From Clostridia bacterium (GTDB lineage Bacteria > Bacillota > Clostridia > JAAYHZ01): a DNA stretch of 64,000 nt. The notes below the pieces were generated by a model that saw only the letters and a program-made list of their open reading frames with translations, was not told where the DNA came from and searched no databases. Below are positions 63,781 through 64,000 of the stretch, piece by piece. Both the position numbers and the translations under genes were made by a program. Where the stretch lies: contig JBMNIH010000003.1 in the NCBI GenBank assembly GCA_050950825.1, positions 288,001 to 352,000 of the forward strand. The letters run 5' to 3'. How positions within the stretch are numbered: the first letter of the stretch is position 1; the number at the start of each line of letters is the position of its first letter.

Positions 63781-64000
63781 TTACTTATTCATTAAGGAAG
63801 CTTTTATAAATCCGCTGAACAAGGGATGGGCCCGATTGGGTCGGGATCTGAATTCCGGATGGAATTGAACGCCCACAAACCAAGGATGGTCTTTCAATTC
63901 AATTACTTCCACCAATTTGCCGTTAGGAGATATACCGGATAAAATCATTCCGTTTGCTTGAAGCGGCTCCCGATAAGCGTTGTTCAGTTCGTAGCGGTGG
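63781..64000 (-). CDS. pyrG: CTP synthase, C-terminal fragment (runs off window)
   Basis: Manual translation: HRYELNN...[24 protein letters not shown]...*. Absent from the ORF track. Confidence 0.95.
   Translation of the reverse strand, partial: HRYELNNAYREPLQANGMILSGISPNGKLVEVIELKDHPWFVGVQFHPEFRSRPNRAHPLFSGFIKASLMNK

Overview
A 64 kb chromosomal window from a low-GC, probably spore-forming clostridial Firmicute (spoIIR, Firmicute-type L10 and L1 leaders). Housekeeping blocks are gap-pgk/tpi-eno, gpmI, potABCD, rpmG-secE-nusG-rplKAJL, lysS, greA, guaB and the 3' end of pyrG. They are interleaved with six insertion sequences (2x ISLre2, IS3, IS1182-like, 2x IS1634), seven large orphan solute-binding lipoprotein paralogues in two subfamilies, and sugar/polyol catabolic genes. 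The most striking unexplained signal is a ~165-nt rod-shaped structured element just downstream of the transposase stop codon inside two unrelated IS families: ISLre2 (849-1012 and 15542-15705) and IS3 (4801-4971). Its helices are kept by compensatory substitutions, it has + strand G-U pairs, and its 38/39-nt apical segment is variable, so it is a candidate transposon-encoded ncRNA shared across IS families. Other points of interest: apparent gene conversion among the lipoprotein paralogues, an A9 slippery tract at the PGK-TPI fusion junction, overlapping 166-bp and 73-bp IS1634 target duplications, a phased ~32-bp repeat array in the IS3 left end, and a probably leaderless GH36 gene. All calls are by eye from the sequence and the ORF track; no database searches or folding programs were run.
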